Both the position numbers and the translations under genes were made by a program. Below are positions 19,397 through 28,916 of a stretch of DNA of 64,000 nt, piece by piece. The stretch is from IMG/VR virus record IMGVR_UViG_3300002898_001527, one strand, 5' to 3'. This DNA comes from a virus. The notes under the pieces are model-generated. The model was not told the DNA's origin and did not search any database. It was given only the letters and a program-made list of their open reading frames with translations. Position 1 is the first letter of the stretch; the number at the start of each line of letters is the position of its first letter.

Positions 19397-21064
19397 TTAT
19401 TGTTGATCATTTATTGATTGCCGTCTAATTCTTCTTCGAGTAGCACCGCTTGATCGTCTATAACTATCCATGCCAGAATTAAACAATTTTTCAAAAATTC
19501 CATTTTTTGGTTTATCTCTTGATAATATTTCGGATATATTTCTTTCAGCTAAAAATCCCCATAATGTATTTTCCTGAGATATATTATAATCAAGTCCATG
19601 GATACGTGTTATTCTTCGGCCAGTATTGCCATGATACATACAGTGAACTATTTTCTTTTTCATTTGTGGGCTTAATGGGGAAATATCTTGACAACTATCT
19701 AAAATCATAGCAAGCTCAAGTGAATATATACTTTCCATATTAATGTTATCCGTTGTTAAAATAGGAGCATCGGTATTATTAAATTGTTTAATTCTTGCTT
19801 CTGCATCTGTTCCCGCAAGTTGCTCTGGAATCATATATTCTATAATACTTTTTAAAACTGCAAGTGATATATCTGTAATAATATAAATATTTTTGTCTTC
19901 ACTATTAGCAGGAATTTCCACTGGATTTCCATTTGCTCTTAATAAAAGCATATTATCGCTACAACCTCTTTTAAGTAAATCAAAAATATTTCCCAGGCTT
20001 ATATTTTGATTCATACTTATATTTTGATCATATATTCGATATACATTATTCATTATACCTATTTTTTGAGACTCACCTTTTGGAGACAAATTATATGTAG
20101 TTTCGATATAATCGAGCGCTATCCCAATTGGGAATTTATATGTTTGATAAAGATTATCTACTTTGTTTTCCCCTATAGCCTTATAATTGACTATTCCATT
20201 TTTTTTCAATGTATTATAAAAAAAACTTAAATGTTTATTTGTAGAAAAGTTTTCTTCATTAACGCTATTTAGATGTTTTATAATTTCTCGTTTATTTAAG
20301 CCAATATTTTGTAAATATCTATTAAATGCATTCATATTTCTTTGATATAAAAGTCCAGTAGTTCTTTTTTGGAATTGTTTTGCTAAATTATCTCTAGTAT
20401 TTTTGAATTTATTACCAAAGTTTTCTTTAGGTATATTACCTCCATGAAGAAAATTTCTAAATTTATAAAAGAATGCCCCATTTTCCATTTTTTCATACAA
20501 TGGAAGAGAAAGATTATTATGTTCTTCAAGATATGCTAATGAAACAGCTCCTTGATTAACTTTCCATACATATAAATTAACTCTTATAATTGTATTCAAA
20601 GTATTGTTATCTGTTTTTGTATCCGAAATAAGTATATATGTTGCAATATTTGTTAAATTATTAATTGCTTGAATAAGTTGTTGATTATTATGTTGTCCTT
20701 CTTGTGCTTGAGTTATAATTTCTTTCAATTCATTTGATAATTGTAAATTTTTAATATTAGAATTAGGATTATTATTTTGTAAAAAATTAGTTAATATATT
20801 AATAATTCTATTAAAAATATTGTCTGTTGTTTCATTTTGTTTTGTAGTAATTTCGTTCACTATTTTTGCTACGAGATTTGAATCTTGACTTTGTGGTAAT
20901 TGTTGTTTTACTCCAGGTGATGCTCCAGGTGATGCTCCAGGTGATGCTACTGGCATTTGGTTTGCTTGTAATTCTTCTTCCAAGCCGTCCCCAACATTTG
21001 GTCCTAAATTATTCCCTGCACATTTGGAAAATGATTTTTTAGCAATTCTATAAAAATTCAACAT
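19397..21064 (-). CDS. Asn/Gln-rich hypothetical protein, possible internal head protein
   Basis: 555 aa ORF with N-terminus FYRIAKKSFSKCA and ASPG repeats; it has its own SigH-type promoter. Confidence 0.6.
   Translation of the reverse strand: MLNFYRIAKKSFSKCAGNNLGPNVGDGLEEELQANQMPVASPGASPGASPGVKQQLPQSQDSNLVAKIVNEITTKQNETTDNIFNRIINILTNFLQNNNPNSNIKNLQLSNELKEIITQAQEGQHNNQQLIQAINNLTNIATYILISDTKTDNNTLNTIIRVNLYVWKVNQGAVSLAYLEEHNNLSLPLYEKMENGAFFYKFRNFLHGGNIPKENFGNKFKNTRDNLAKQFQKRTTGLLYQRNMNAFNRYLQNIGLNKREIIKHLNSVNEENFSTNKHLSFFYNTLKKNGIVNYKAIGENKVDNLYQTYKFPIGIALDYIETTYNLSPKGESQKIGIMNNVYRIYDQNISMNQNISLGNIFDLLKRGCSDNMLLLRANGNPVEIPANSEDKNIYIITDISLAVLKSIIEYMIPEQLAGTDAEARIKQFNNTDAPILTTDNINMESIYSLELAMILDSCQDISPLSPQMKKKIVHCMYHGNTGRRITRIHGLDYNISQENTLWGFLAERNISEILSRDKPKNGIFEKLFNSGMDSYRRSSGATRRRIRRQSINDQQ
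20911..20946. repeat. 3 x 12-bp tandem repeat (CTCCAGGTGATG; ASPG)
   Basis: Directly visible in the sequence. Confidence 0.9.
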
Positions 21065-21098
21065 TCTTTTTATTCCTTTTCTGCTAATTATATAAGAT

Positions 21099-21128
21099 AA
21101 ATTCTTTATACGAAATATTAATTCCTTT
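21099..21128 (-). promoter_or_regulatory. SigH-type promoter
   Basis: AAAGGAATT-N12-AAAGAATTT on the minus strand, upstream of ORF 19397..21064. It matches the Bacillus SigH consensus RNAGGAWWW-N11/12-RNNGAATWW. Confidence 0.7.
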
Positions 21129-21163
21129 ATATTTGGTATATAATATAAAAAAAGGAGACGAAT

Positions 21164-22129
21164 ATGAAAATCTTACATATTCCTATTTCACTTAGTGGAA
21201 TTTGGGAGCCAGCGAGACTTCATTTTGAAAATTTATTAACAATTGAAAATCATATGCAAGGCATTAATAATTATATTTTTGGCTCTGCTGAAAGCGACTT
21301 AGAACATTTATTAAAAAATAAAAAATTTGATATAATTAACTTCCATGGATGGCCTCTTTTTAATAAATCTACTAAATATTTAGAAACTGTTAAATTAGCG
21401 TTACTATCAAAAGCTAAAGTAGTTTTTTCTATGTTTACTTATCAAATATTTTGTCAAAATGGATTATTAAAAGACAACGAAGTAGAATGCGATGTCTTTT
21501 CTTGCAAAAATAGATTATGTCAGAATGCAATTGCAAATTTTAATTTTGTTAAAAATTTCGATATTTTAGTATATTCAAATGCAGCAAAAGATATTTTTAC
21601 AAATTGGGGATTTTCTAAAGTTCATAAGGCACCAATGTGTTTTTATTCACATACTGATTCTTTTATTAAGCCCTCTTTTAATCCGCATTCACAATTTAAA
21701 TTAGCACTTTTATACCCAGGTGCTCCATTTTATGAAGATGAAGACATAATGAATCAAGTATTCGATAAAAACAAAGATATTATTTATTTAAAAATTAAAA
21801 ACATCTATAATAATTATGATTCAAATTATTCATTTAGTTCATATTCATGGAAAACTTCTTTTCCATTTGAAATAGGATATTCTTTATCAAAAGGAATAAT
21901 TCCAATTTATTTTTCACAATATGATATTAATGATTATGAAGGAGTGCAGAATATTTATAGGATTAATAAAAATGATTTATTGGGAAGTATTGAGAGGATT
22001 GTTTTAACAGAGACATCGGAAAAAAATAGAAATGACATGGCCTATAATTTTTGGCTTAATAATGGACCAGAATACTGTATGGTGCGTATGCAGACTATTT
22101 ATGATAGTTTAATTTCTAACCCCTCTTGA
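21164..22129 (+). CDS. Degenerate GT-B (GT4-like) glycosyltransferase
   Basis: FDIINFHG...VVFSMFTYQIFCQNGLL...C resembles the GT4 N-domain. SYSWKTSFPFEIGYSLSKGIIPI aligns to the EX7E region but lacks the canonical Glu positions. Confidence 0.5.
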   Translation: MKILHIPISLSGIWEPARLHFENLLTIENHMQGINNYIFGSAESDLEHLLKNKKFDIINFHGWPLFNKSTKYLETVKLALLSKAKVVFSMFTYQIFCQNGLLKDNEVECDVFSCKNRLCQNAIANFNFVKNFDILVYSNAAKDIFTNWGFSKVHKAPMCFYSHTDSFIKPSFNPHSQFKLALLYPGAPFYEDEDIMNQVFDKNKDIIYLKIKNIYNNYDSNYSFSSYSWKTSFPFEIGYSLSKGIIPIYFSQYDINDYEGVQNIYRINKNDLLGSIERIVLTETSEKNRNDMAYNFWLNNGPEYCMVRMQTIYDSLISNPS

Positions 22130-22528
22130 GTAAAGTCTGCATGCATTATTAAAGGAATTAAGTGGAACTAGTGCATTCAATATAAGATCATCAGGAATAT
22201 TTATAGAGAGTGCATTCTCCATATCTTCTAATTTCCAACGTGATCCTTCTTGAATATGTACTCCATGAAGTGCCGTACTAAGCAAACTAGCCATTGCTAA
22301 AGTATTTTTAAATCCATCACCAGTCCATTTATTCGATATAATTTTTCTTGAATTCTTATTCACTTTAATCATAGTCCAAATGATTCCCATTTGTGAATAA
22401 AGTGTATTTTCTATACAAATATCAAATTCTTGACAATAGTCTAATTCATTAACAAATAAGTTTCGATAATTATTAATTTCATTTTTAACAATTTCTCTTG
22501 TTTCATTTTCAGTAGCTTTTTCAACCAT
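22109..22528 (-). CDS. Hypothetical protein
   Basis: 139 aa ORF immediately downstream of the ferritin-like gene. Confidence 0.65.
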   Translation of the reverse strand: MVEKATENETREIVKNEINNYRNLFVNELDYCQEFDICIENTLYSQMGIIWTMIKVNKNSRKIISNKWTGDGFKNTLAMASLLSTALHGVHIQEGSRWKLEDMENALSINIPDDLILNALVPLNSFNNACRLYSRGVRN

Positions 22529-22535
22529 TATTATA

Positions 22536-23129
22536 TTAGGATTCTCCTAAAAATTCCTGGATAAATTGGTCTAAATTATTTGCCTCATAGATCATCCCAA
22601 TATTATCTAGTTTATTCGCACATTTAATTAATTTTTCTGCAGTACTTAAAACTATTTCTTCTGTTTGTTCATCTGGGTCTGGTGCATTTTGTTGTCCTTT
22701 TAATCGATTTTTAATTATCATTGTTAAGTCATCTTGATGTTCGATCTCGTCTGCAATAATATCTTCAATGAGCAACCTAGTATCTCTTAGCTCATTGTCT
22801 TCACCAATTAGATCAATAATTTCCAAATATAATTGAATAATTTCTACTTCTCCATTAAGATCATCTATTAGCATAGAAACCACATCGCCGGACAATTGTT
22901 TTTCTGGAATTACACATGAAAAATCGATATTGAAAGCTGGGCCGCGAGCGAGAACATGCATTGTTAATCTTTCTGCATGATCTTTCTCTTCATCTGCATG
23001 CTCATTGAGATGTTCTACTCTTGCAGATTTACCCATTGTTTCAATTAATGAAGCATGCGTAATATATTGTGCATATGAATGCCATTCCTGATTAATAGCT
23101 TCAATTAACAAATCTCTTAATTTGTCCAT
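22536..23129 (-). CDS. Ferritin-like (bacterioferritin/DPSL-type) diiron protein with C-terminal extension
   Basis: Four-helix diiron pattern EAINQEWHSYAQY / EHADEEKDHAERL / DLNGEVEIIQLY / IIADEIEHQDDL. Confidence 0.88.
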   Translation of the reverse strand: MDKLRDLLIEAINQEWHSYAQYITHASLIETMGKSARVEHLNEHADEEKDHAERLTMHVLARGPAFNIDFSCVIPEKQLSGDVVSMLIDDLNGEVEIIQLYLEIIDLIGEDNELRDTRLLIEDIIADEIEHQDDLTMIIKNRLKGQQNAPDPDEQTEEIVLSTAEKLIKCANKLDNIGMIYEANNLDQFIQEFLGES

Positions 23130-23196
23130 TTTAAAATCCTTTTTGTTAAGATTATTTAATATTAATTTATTAGTTTATATCTTAAAAACCTTCTTT

Positions 23197-23727
23197 TTAA
23201 TTGTTTCCCTGAAAAATATTCAAAACTTCTTTGACTGAAATAATGACGTTATTATCATTTTCCATTGACTCATACATTTTAACTTTTTCATTTAATATTC
23301 TATCTAAATAAATAATGCCATTAAGGTGATCTATTTCATGACAAAGAATTCTTGCTTCCATATCTTTAAAGGTTTCCGTATGCTGCTTCCCATGAGTATC
23401 TTGATATTTAACTGTGATTCTATATGGTCTGGGCACAATTCCTGCAACGAGTGGAATACTTAAGCATCCTTCTGTTGCAGAAATTATTTTACTTGAAAAT
23501 TTAATTATTTTGGGATTAATGAATGGGATTAGTTCATTATCATTATTTCTAGTGACTATAATTTGTAAATCAAAGCCAATTTGATTCGCAGCTAATCCAG
23601 CAGCATAATTTTTAAATATAATCTCCTTCATTTCTTCTATAATTTCTTCTATGCCATTAAAATTCTTAACTAATTGAATTTTTTTTCTTAAAATATCATT
23701 TGTCCCAAGTTTAATAATTTTTGTCAT
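23197..23727 (-). CDS. def: Peptide deformylase
   Basis: All three motifs are present: GLAANQIG, EGCLS and HEIDH. Confidence 0.95.
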   Translation of the reverse strand: MTKIIKLGTNDILRKKIQLVKNFNGIEEIIEEMKEIIFKNYAAGLAANQIGFDLQIIVTRNNDNELIPFINPKIIKFSSKIISATEGCLSIPLVAGIVPRPYRITVKYQDTHGKQHTETFKDMEARILCHEIDHLNGIIYLDRILNEKVKMYESMENDNNVIISVKEVLNIFQGNN

Positions 23728-23811
23728 TTCTATATCTCCTTAAAGGAATCTATATTATTTAGATATGAATTTCTTCAGGACAAATTACTTATTTTATTTA
23801 ATATTATATTT

Positions 23812-24345
23812 TTATATAATAGTATCCTTAATTTGTTGATTTATTATATTCATATATAATTCATATATACAATCTTTGAATTCTTTTGAATAATCCTCTG
23901 CCATATTTAATAAAGTATCAACGAATTCTTCTTCATTGTTTTTTTCTATACATATTTCTTTTAATATATTTAGTTCAAAAATTGCATTTTGTAAATTATT
24001 ATATTGAAAATACCAAAATAGAGCATGCATACAATTTTCTAATGTATGTGGGAGCGTAATTGTAGATTCAGAAATAGATGTATATATATTAGTGCTAATT
24101 GTAGTTGGCAGCACAGTCCAAATATTTTGTGTATTATCAGTTTCTACATAAGATATTGTTATAGACTCATTTAATGAATTAGGCATAGAATACGAGTTTA
24201 TATAATTTGTAGGAAAAATCGAAGAATTCGGAAATTCTATTTGGATATTAGATTCTGCATTGTTTGGCATTATTGGCTCAATTTTATCAATATTTATTGA
24301 AGTAGGATATTTATATTCAATAATTATTTGCTCATCATTCTCCAT
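23812..24345 (-). CDS. Hypothetical protein
   Basis: 177 aa ORF with SD GAGG. Confidence 0.6.
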   Translation of the reverse strand: MENDEQIIIEYKYPTSINIDKIEPIMPNNAESNIQIEFPNSSIFPTNYINSYSMPNSLNESITISYVETDNTQNIWTVLPTTISTNIYTSISESTITLPHTLENCMHALFWYFQYNNLQNAIFELNILKEICIEKNNEEEFVDTLLNMAEDYSKEFKDCIYELYMNIINQQIKDTII

Positions 24346-24408
24346 TTATTTATTCCTCTCCAATTTCTTTTATTTTATCACATGTGGCAAGAGGAAGCAA
24401 GTGGAGAT

Positions 24409-24446
24409 AAGAAAAAAGCTGGGGCTTTTGCCCCAGCTTTTTTCTT
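24409..24446 (-). terminator. Rho-independent terminator after the capsid gene (bidirectional type)
   Basis: AAGAAAAAAGCTGGGGC-TTTT-GCCCCAGCTTTTTTCTT, 16 nt after the MCP stop codon. Confidence 0.9.
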
Positions 24447-24462
24447 AGGACACTGTGACAGA

Positions 24463-25320
24463 CTAAGAAGCCACAACGATGCGACTAATTGCATAGTCGT
24501 TAATCACAGCAATACCGATCTCTTCGTAGATTACCCAGCCGAGTCGCAGAGCTTTGGGGTCATCGGCTGGCAGGACAGTAATGTCCTGACGGACTGGCAT
24601 AGCGCCAACGAACTCGCCTGGCGCAAGAACATAAATGGTATTCTTGGGAACCATTGTGCTAACGTGAATATCAGCAGTCCATAGGTGCCCGAAGAGACCA
24701 GACATAAGAACGTCACGGGTCGTTGCTTCGTCGAATACAGTCTTACCCCATACCCGAATATCTTTATACCGGTATGGATTGCAAACGATCTTAGCTCCAA
24801 CAAGCTCATGCTCTTCAATCAGAGCAAGTGCCACGTTAATATTCTCTGGAGCGAGAGCGCCAGCAATGGTTACAGTATGATCGGGAGGACATGCTCTGGT
24901 CAGCGTGCTAAAGACACGTACGTCCTCAAGACGTTGGAGCGAGTCTTTGGCCCGGACTTGGGCACGATCGACGATATAGTACCGGCGAGCGCGGATTTCT
25001 GACAGACGGATCGTTGGGTTGCAAGCAAGCTCAAACGTCGGAACGATGAGTTCTTCACCCTCAACAATCATGTCAGGCACAGTCCCACGCTTCGGAATCA
25101 CATATGAACGCACAGCAACGTCGCGCTCATAACGAGGCAGCGCACCCTGTGGTAGTTCATCAACGGTAATAAGTTTCCGCCCAACCGCTTGATATTCCAA
25201 GGCGATTTTAATAGGCTCAACCATTGCTTGCGCCAGGGCAACACGACCCTCTGGCGACTGCATAGCCTGGGCGATAATTTCTTCTTTCTGTTGCTCAATG
25301 CCACGTTTGGTTAAAGACAT
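24463..25320 (-). CDS. Major capsid protein, compact HK97 fold, encapsulin-like
   Basis: 285 aa and last gene of the portal-protease-scaffold-decoration block. It has strong SD AAGGAGG, visibly higher GC/biased codons and a terminator. Patterns GRKLITVDELPQG, VPTFEL, IVCNP...GLFGHLWTADIHVS and terminal YEEIGIAVINDYAISRI. Confidence 0.8.
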   Translation of the reverse strand: MSLTKRGIEQQKEEIIAQAMQSPEGRVALAQAMVEPIKIALEYQAVGRKLITVDELPQGALPRYERDVAVRSYVIPKRGTVPDMIVEGEELIVPTFELACNPTIRLSEIRARRYYIVDRAQVRAKDSLQRLEDVRVFSTLTRACPPDHTVTIAGALAPENINVALALIEEHELVGAKIVCNPYRYKDIRVWGKTVFDEATTRDVLMSGLFGHLWTADIHVSTMVPKNTIYVLAPGEFVGAMPVRQDITVLPADDPKALRLGWVIYEEIGIAVINDYAISRIVVAS

Positions 25321-25347
25321 TTTTTCCTCCTTTTATTTATTAATTAA

Positions 25348-25980
25348 TTAAACTAAAGCGATCTCAAGTAGGCCTTTTGCCGTAGAAGCATTGCTTACAC
25401 GAGCAATAACACCAGTATTCGCAGTATCTGTAGCCACATCGTCAACCTTAATAAACAGGCCAGCATTGTCGCCAGCACCGAAAGTCAACGCATCGCCCAC
25501 AGCGAATGTTGGAGTCACAGCCTGGTCAGTCGTAGCAGTGCTGGTCACCTGATCACCCACGAATTGATCCGTGAGGAAGCGGCCACCTACACGATACACA
25601 GTTACGCCACGTTGCATAGTGCCAGGAGGCGTAGTCCAGTTTTTATCATTAGGAGCAGCTTCATTCCTATAATCACCAAGTCGTCTCGCAGGTCTCGTAA
25701 CAAAATCTGGACCGTGTGGATATAGACCATCCATACTATAGCCGTCTGAACCATCGTGGCTATAATTGCCCACAGGATCGACAATAGCAGAAGTATTGCC
25801 AGTAGTCGTAGTGTCATCAGCAACCACACCATAAAAACGGTGAGTCACATCTGAACGATCAGCAGCTACAACTGCTGGAGCACCACTAACTGACGTAAGG
25901 TGAACAGCCATGCCCGCAAGTAGCCCTGCGGTTCCATTCGCATTGTCAATTAGAACGTGTTGAAGTGATGCAAAAGCCAT
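25348..25980 (-). CDS. Capsid decoration/cement protein (putative)
   Basis: 210 aa, A/T/G/V-rich, directly upstream of the MCP, with the same codon bias and SD GGAGG. Confidence 0.6.
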   Translation of the reverse strand: MAFASLQHVLIDNANGTAGLLAGMAVHLTSVSGAPAVVAADRSDVTHRFYGVVADDTTTTGNTSAIVDPVGNYSHDGSDGYSMDGLYPHGPDFVTRPARRLGDYRNEAAPNDKNWTTPPGTMQRGVTVYRVGGRFLTDQFVGDQVTSTATTDQAVTPTFAVGDALTFGAGDNAGLFIKVDDVATDTANTGVIARVSNASTAKGLLEIALV

Positions 25981-26085
25981 TTTATACCTCCAAGTTATGG
26001 GTTTCTGGGTTTCCCACTCCCATTTTTAAATTTATTAATTAATGTATTTCATGTGTTAATAATGTTCGCTATGCGATATTATTAA

Positions 26086-28392
26086 CTACATTTTTTCTCT
26101 TTCATATTCGTCATATTTAGCCATAAAGATATCTCTAAGTTGCTTTTTCATATCAACAGGGCTATCGTTTTGACGAGTCGGCATGCTGTAATTCATTGCA
26201 ATGCCGGTATCTCTTGAAGCAGTCTTTACTGATGCATTTTTCGCACGATTCTTATCTTGTTTCATTGCTAGCCTAATAGCTTGTTTTTCGAAACTATTAA
26301 TTGCATTGACTGACATGCCACTTTCAGTAAACATATCAATCTGATCTTCGATTTCATCTTCTTCAATTAGGCCGCGTTCTGCCATTCTAGCTGCTGCGCG
26401 AGAAGCTGCCGCAAGTCTTGCACCTTTTACTTTTTCATCAGCAAGAGCCTTCTTGAGTCTTTCTACTTCTTTTACACTATCGTCTTCTACACCGCTTTTC
26501 TTATCATTAGTGCGGAAGTTACCGTCACCATTATCTTTACCACCCCATGTGGTGCCACTTGGATGGACACAAAGTTCATCACCATAATCTTTGTTCGAGG
26601 CATAAATTTCTTTCTTTGCAAGGATTTGAGCCGTTTTTTGCATATCGGCACAACCTGGGCAATAACCAGTATTAATGTCTCTACCACAAAGGACTACAAT
26701 TGAACCACAATCCTGGCATTGAACAGCTTCAACTTCGCTATTCTTAGGATTGTTGCAACCATCACATTCCCGATTCGCAATTTTATGCATAACAGTATCG
26801 GAATTAAGATTTTCGCCATAGAGCTTATGACTAGCATATTTTTTATCTGCTAGTTTTTTCATATGATTTTGATATGCCGCTGTGAATTCATCTTTTCTTT
26901 TCAAGTCAACACCTAATGTTGCATCTGGATCATCTGGATCATTTGGACCATCTGGACCATCTAAAACTAAGTCTGGATCATCTGGATCATCTGGATTCTT
27001 GGGATCTTGTGTATTATTTTCTGGGATATCATTATCTTCATCTTTATAAGGGTTCTTTGGAAATTCATATTCATTATTTTCATTATCAACATATTTATCC
27101 CAAAGGTCCAGATCCAGATTTAGATCTAAATTTGGATCTTCATTACTATTATCTTCATCAGGAGGATACTCTGCTAGTTTCCGAAGCAATGCATCCCGTT
27201 GTGCTTTTCTACGAGCAACTGTAATTTTTCGTTGTGTCGCATAATCAATCTGCGTAGGAAGATCGAATTCTTCCATAGTTTTATCTTCGCCAAACATCCC
27301 AGTATTACCGGGAAGTTCTGGAACACTAGAATCAGTAAGTTCTAAATTATTAAATTGTTCAACAAGAGTACCACCGGCACCCTCAAGATTCATTTTTGCT
27401 TTAAGTGCATGATTCAGAAATCGGTCATCAAGTGCAGAAGTGGGAACTTCAAAGGTAAGAAAATCAAGATCATTTTGTTCAGCAAGGCTATTACTCTCAC
27501 TACCAGTCAAATTCATTCTTTTACCTTTTTCGCCAGGAGCAGAAACATTAAACGGACCATCCATATTCATTGTTTTTGCACCAGGACGAGATCTTTCTTC
27601 ACCGTCAAGATTTCTGTCATTTAGTTTTGATTCAGCGAGAACTTTTTTTCTATTTTTGTTACTCATTGTAAGACCTACCTCCTTTTTATTTCTAGGTGCA
27701 TTAGTTCCATACATAGAATCCTTAGGCCTAGCAAAATTAGGACCAGCTTCATATTTAGCTTCATTTTCTCCATATTCAGATTCTGGCACTTCGTCTAAAC
27801 GAAGTGTTAAAACATCATCACCAATCTTAAAAGTATATTCTTTACCTTCTTCTAAATCAGAGAAAAAATCTTCATCTTCAACTTTATTATCATCTTCTTC
27901 ATCTTCAACAAATTTAACATTGTCTTCCTGTAAAGAAATAGGAATATCACCATCTTCATATTCTACTTCTTCAATACTATTTAATTCTTCTTCTGCCTCT
28001 TCCTCGACCTCTTCCTCTTCGGTCTCTTCTTCTTCGATCTCTTCTTCCTCAACCTCTTCCTCAACCTCTTCATCAACCTCTTCATCAACCTCTTCATCAA
28101 CCTCTTCTTCGACCTCTTCTCCAGCCTCTTCTTCATTATCATCTTTTTTTAGTTCTGGAATATTAAGTGATTCAATTTCCTCATCATCCAGGTCAGCCTC
28201 GGCCAAAGCCTGTTTAATTGTAAATGGCAACCATTCTTTCCGTAGAGCAGAAGCTATTACTGCTGCCTGTTCGTCGGAGTAATTCATAGCCTTAATTTCT
28301 TCCTGTGCTTCAGCAATGGATTCTCCATCTGTTTCTCTAATTAATGCTAGGATGGTGGCTGCCTTTCTTCTGTTCATTTCACGGTTAGCCAT
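26086..28392 (-). CDS. Acidic scaffold/inner-core-like protein with Cys cluster
   Basis: 768 aa between protease and capsid genes. It has a poly-Glu tract, PDD repeats, CDGC/CQDC/C/CPGC and a helical C-terminus. Confidence 0.55.
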   Translation of the reverse strand: MANREMNRRKAATILALIRETDGESIAEAQEEIKAMNYSDEQAAVIASALRKEWLPFTIKQALAEADLDDEEIESLNIPELKKDDNEEEAGEEVEEEVDEEVDEEVDEEVEEEVEEEEIEEEETEEEEVEEEAEEELNSIEEVEYEDGDIPISLQEDNVKFVEDEEDDNKVEDEDFFSDLEEGKEYTFKIGDDVLTLRLDEVPESEYGENEAKYEAGPNFARPKDSMYGTNAPRNKKEVGLTMSNKNRKKVLAESKLNDRNLDGEERSRPGAKTMNMDGPFNVSAPGEKGKRMNLTGSESNSLAEQNDLDFLTFEVPTSALDDRFLNHALKAKMNLEGAGGTLVEQFNNLELTDSSVPELPGNTGMFGEDKTMEEFDLPTQIDYATQRKITVARRKAQRDALLRKLAEYPPDEDNSNEDPNLDLNLDLDLWDKYVDNENNEYEFPKNPYKDEDNDIPENNTQDPKNPDDPDDPDLVLDGPDGPNDPDDPDATLGVDLKRKDEFTAAYQNHMKKLADKKYASHKLYGENLNSDTVMHKIANRECDGCNNPKNSEVEAVQCQDCGSIVVLCGRDINTGYCPGCADMQKTAQILAKKEIYASNKDYGDELCVHPSGTTWGGKDNGDGNFRTNDKKSGVEDDSVKEVERLKKALADEKVKGARLAAASRAAARMAERGLIEEDEIEDQIDMFTESGMSVNAINSFEKQAIRLAMKQDKNRAKNASVKTASRDTGIAMNYSMPTRQNDSPVDMKKQLRDIFMAKYDEYEREKM
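26920..27000. repeat. 9-bp tandem repeats (PDD/PDG)
   Basis: CATCTGGAT-like units in two clusters. Confidence 0.85.
27985..28135. repeat. 12/15-bp degenerate tandem repeats encoding EEV(D/E) poly-acidic tract
   Basis: TCAACCTCTTCA/C units. Confidence 0.85.
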
Positions 28393-28478
28393 TGTTAAAT
28401 TCCTCCTACAAATTTAAAATTTTTAATTGTATTTCTAAAATATAAGAATAATTACCTGCTTATTTATAAAAATATTTT

Positions 28479-28862
28479 TCAATCATTTCTAGCTATATTA
28501 TTTAAATTAATTAAACCAAAAAACTTAATATCTAATGACCCATTTTCCTCATGGAGCTTAGTCAAAGATTTCTTATTTTTAATAAGAATTTCCTCTAATT
28601 TATTATTATTTTCTTTTTTGCAAAACTTATTCATTTCTGGTTTTTTTAAAGATGGATCACTGTTACCTTCAACTACTTTTTTTGTTTGAATTAATGCAAT
28701 TAATTGTTTTTTTCTTTTATCATAATTTGCAAGAGCCATTGGTCTTTTATCATATGACATAAGTGTTTCAATGTTTTCTAATTCTTTCTCTAAATAAGAA
28801 ACAGTTTTCCATGCATCTTTATCATGATTATTGAATAATGTTGACTGAATACTATCTGACAT
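28479..28862 (-). CDS. Hypothetical protein
   Basis: 127 aa AT-rich ORF with SD AGGAG. Confidence 0.6.
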   Translation of the reverse strand: MSDSIQSTLFNNHDKDAWKTVSYLEKELENIETLMSYDKRPMALANYDKRKKQLIALIQTKKVVEGNSDPSLKKPEMNKFCKKENNNKLEEILIKNKKSLTKLHEENGSLDIKFFGLINLNNIARND

Positions 28863-28877
28863 ATTTTGCTCCTAAGA

Positions 28878-28909
28878 GCATGGGCTGGAGAAATTTCTCC
28901 AGCCCATGC
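28878..28909. terminator. Perfect 32-bp palindrome after the protease gene (terminator or processing hairpin)
   Basis: GCATGGGCTGGAGAAA|TTTCTCCAGCCCATGC; there is no strong T-run on the minus strand. Confidence 0.6.
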
Positions 28910-28916
28910 AAGCTTT

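Noticed and set aside
22536..23129. Canonical heme bacterioferritin (bfr) or RNR R2 subunit
   Set aside because: The heme-ligand Met position reads Lys (EEKDH), the protein is too short for R2, and the RNR here is class II.
24260..25304. Overlapping ORFs around the capsid gene (24260, 24328, 24531, 24685, 25098)
   Set aside because: These are shadow frames of a higher-GC gene with no SD or motifs; one spans the terminator.
24463..25320. Cellular encapsulin nanocompartment operon
   Set aside because: Synteny with portal, protease, scaffold, adaptor and tail-like genes indicates a phage capsid. The encapsulin resemblance is kept only as a finding.
27440..28282. 280 aa Ser-rich plus-strand ORF
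   Set aside because: It is the antisense shadow of the poly-Glu tract in the scaffold-like gene.
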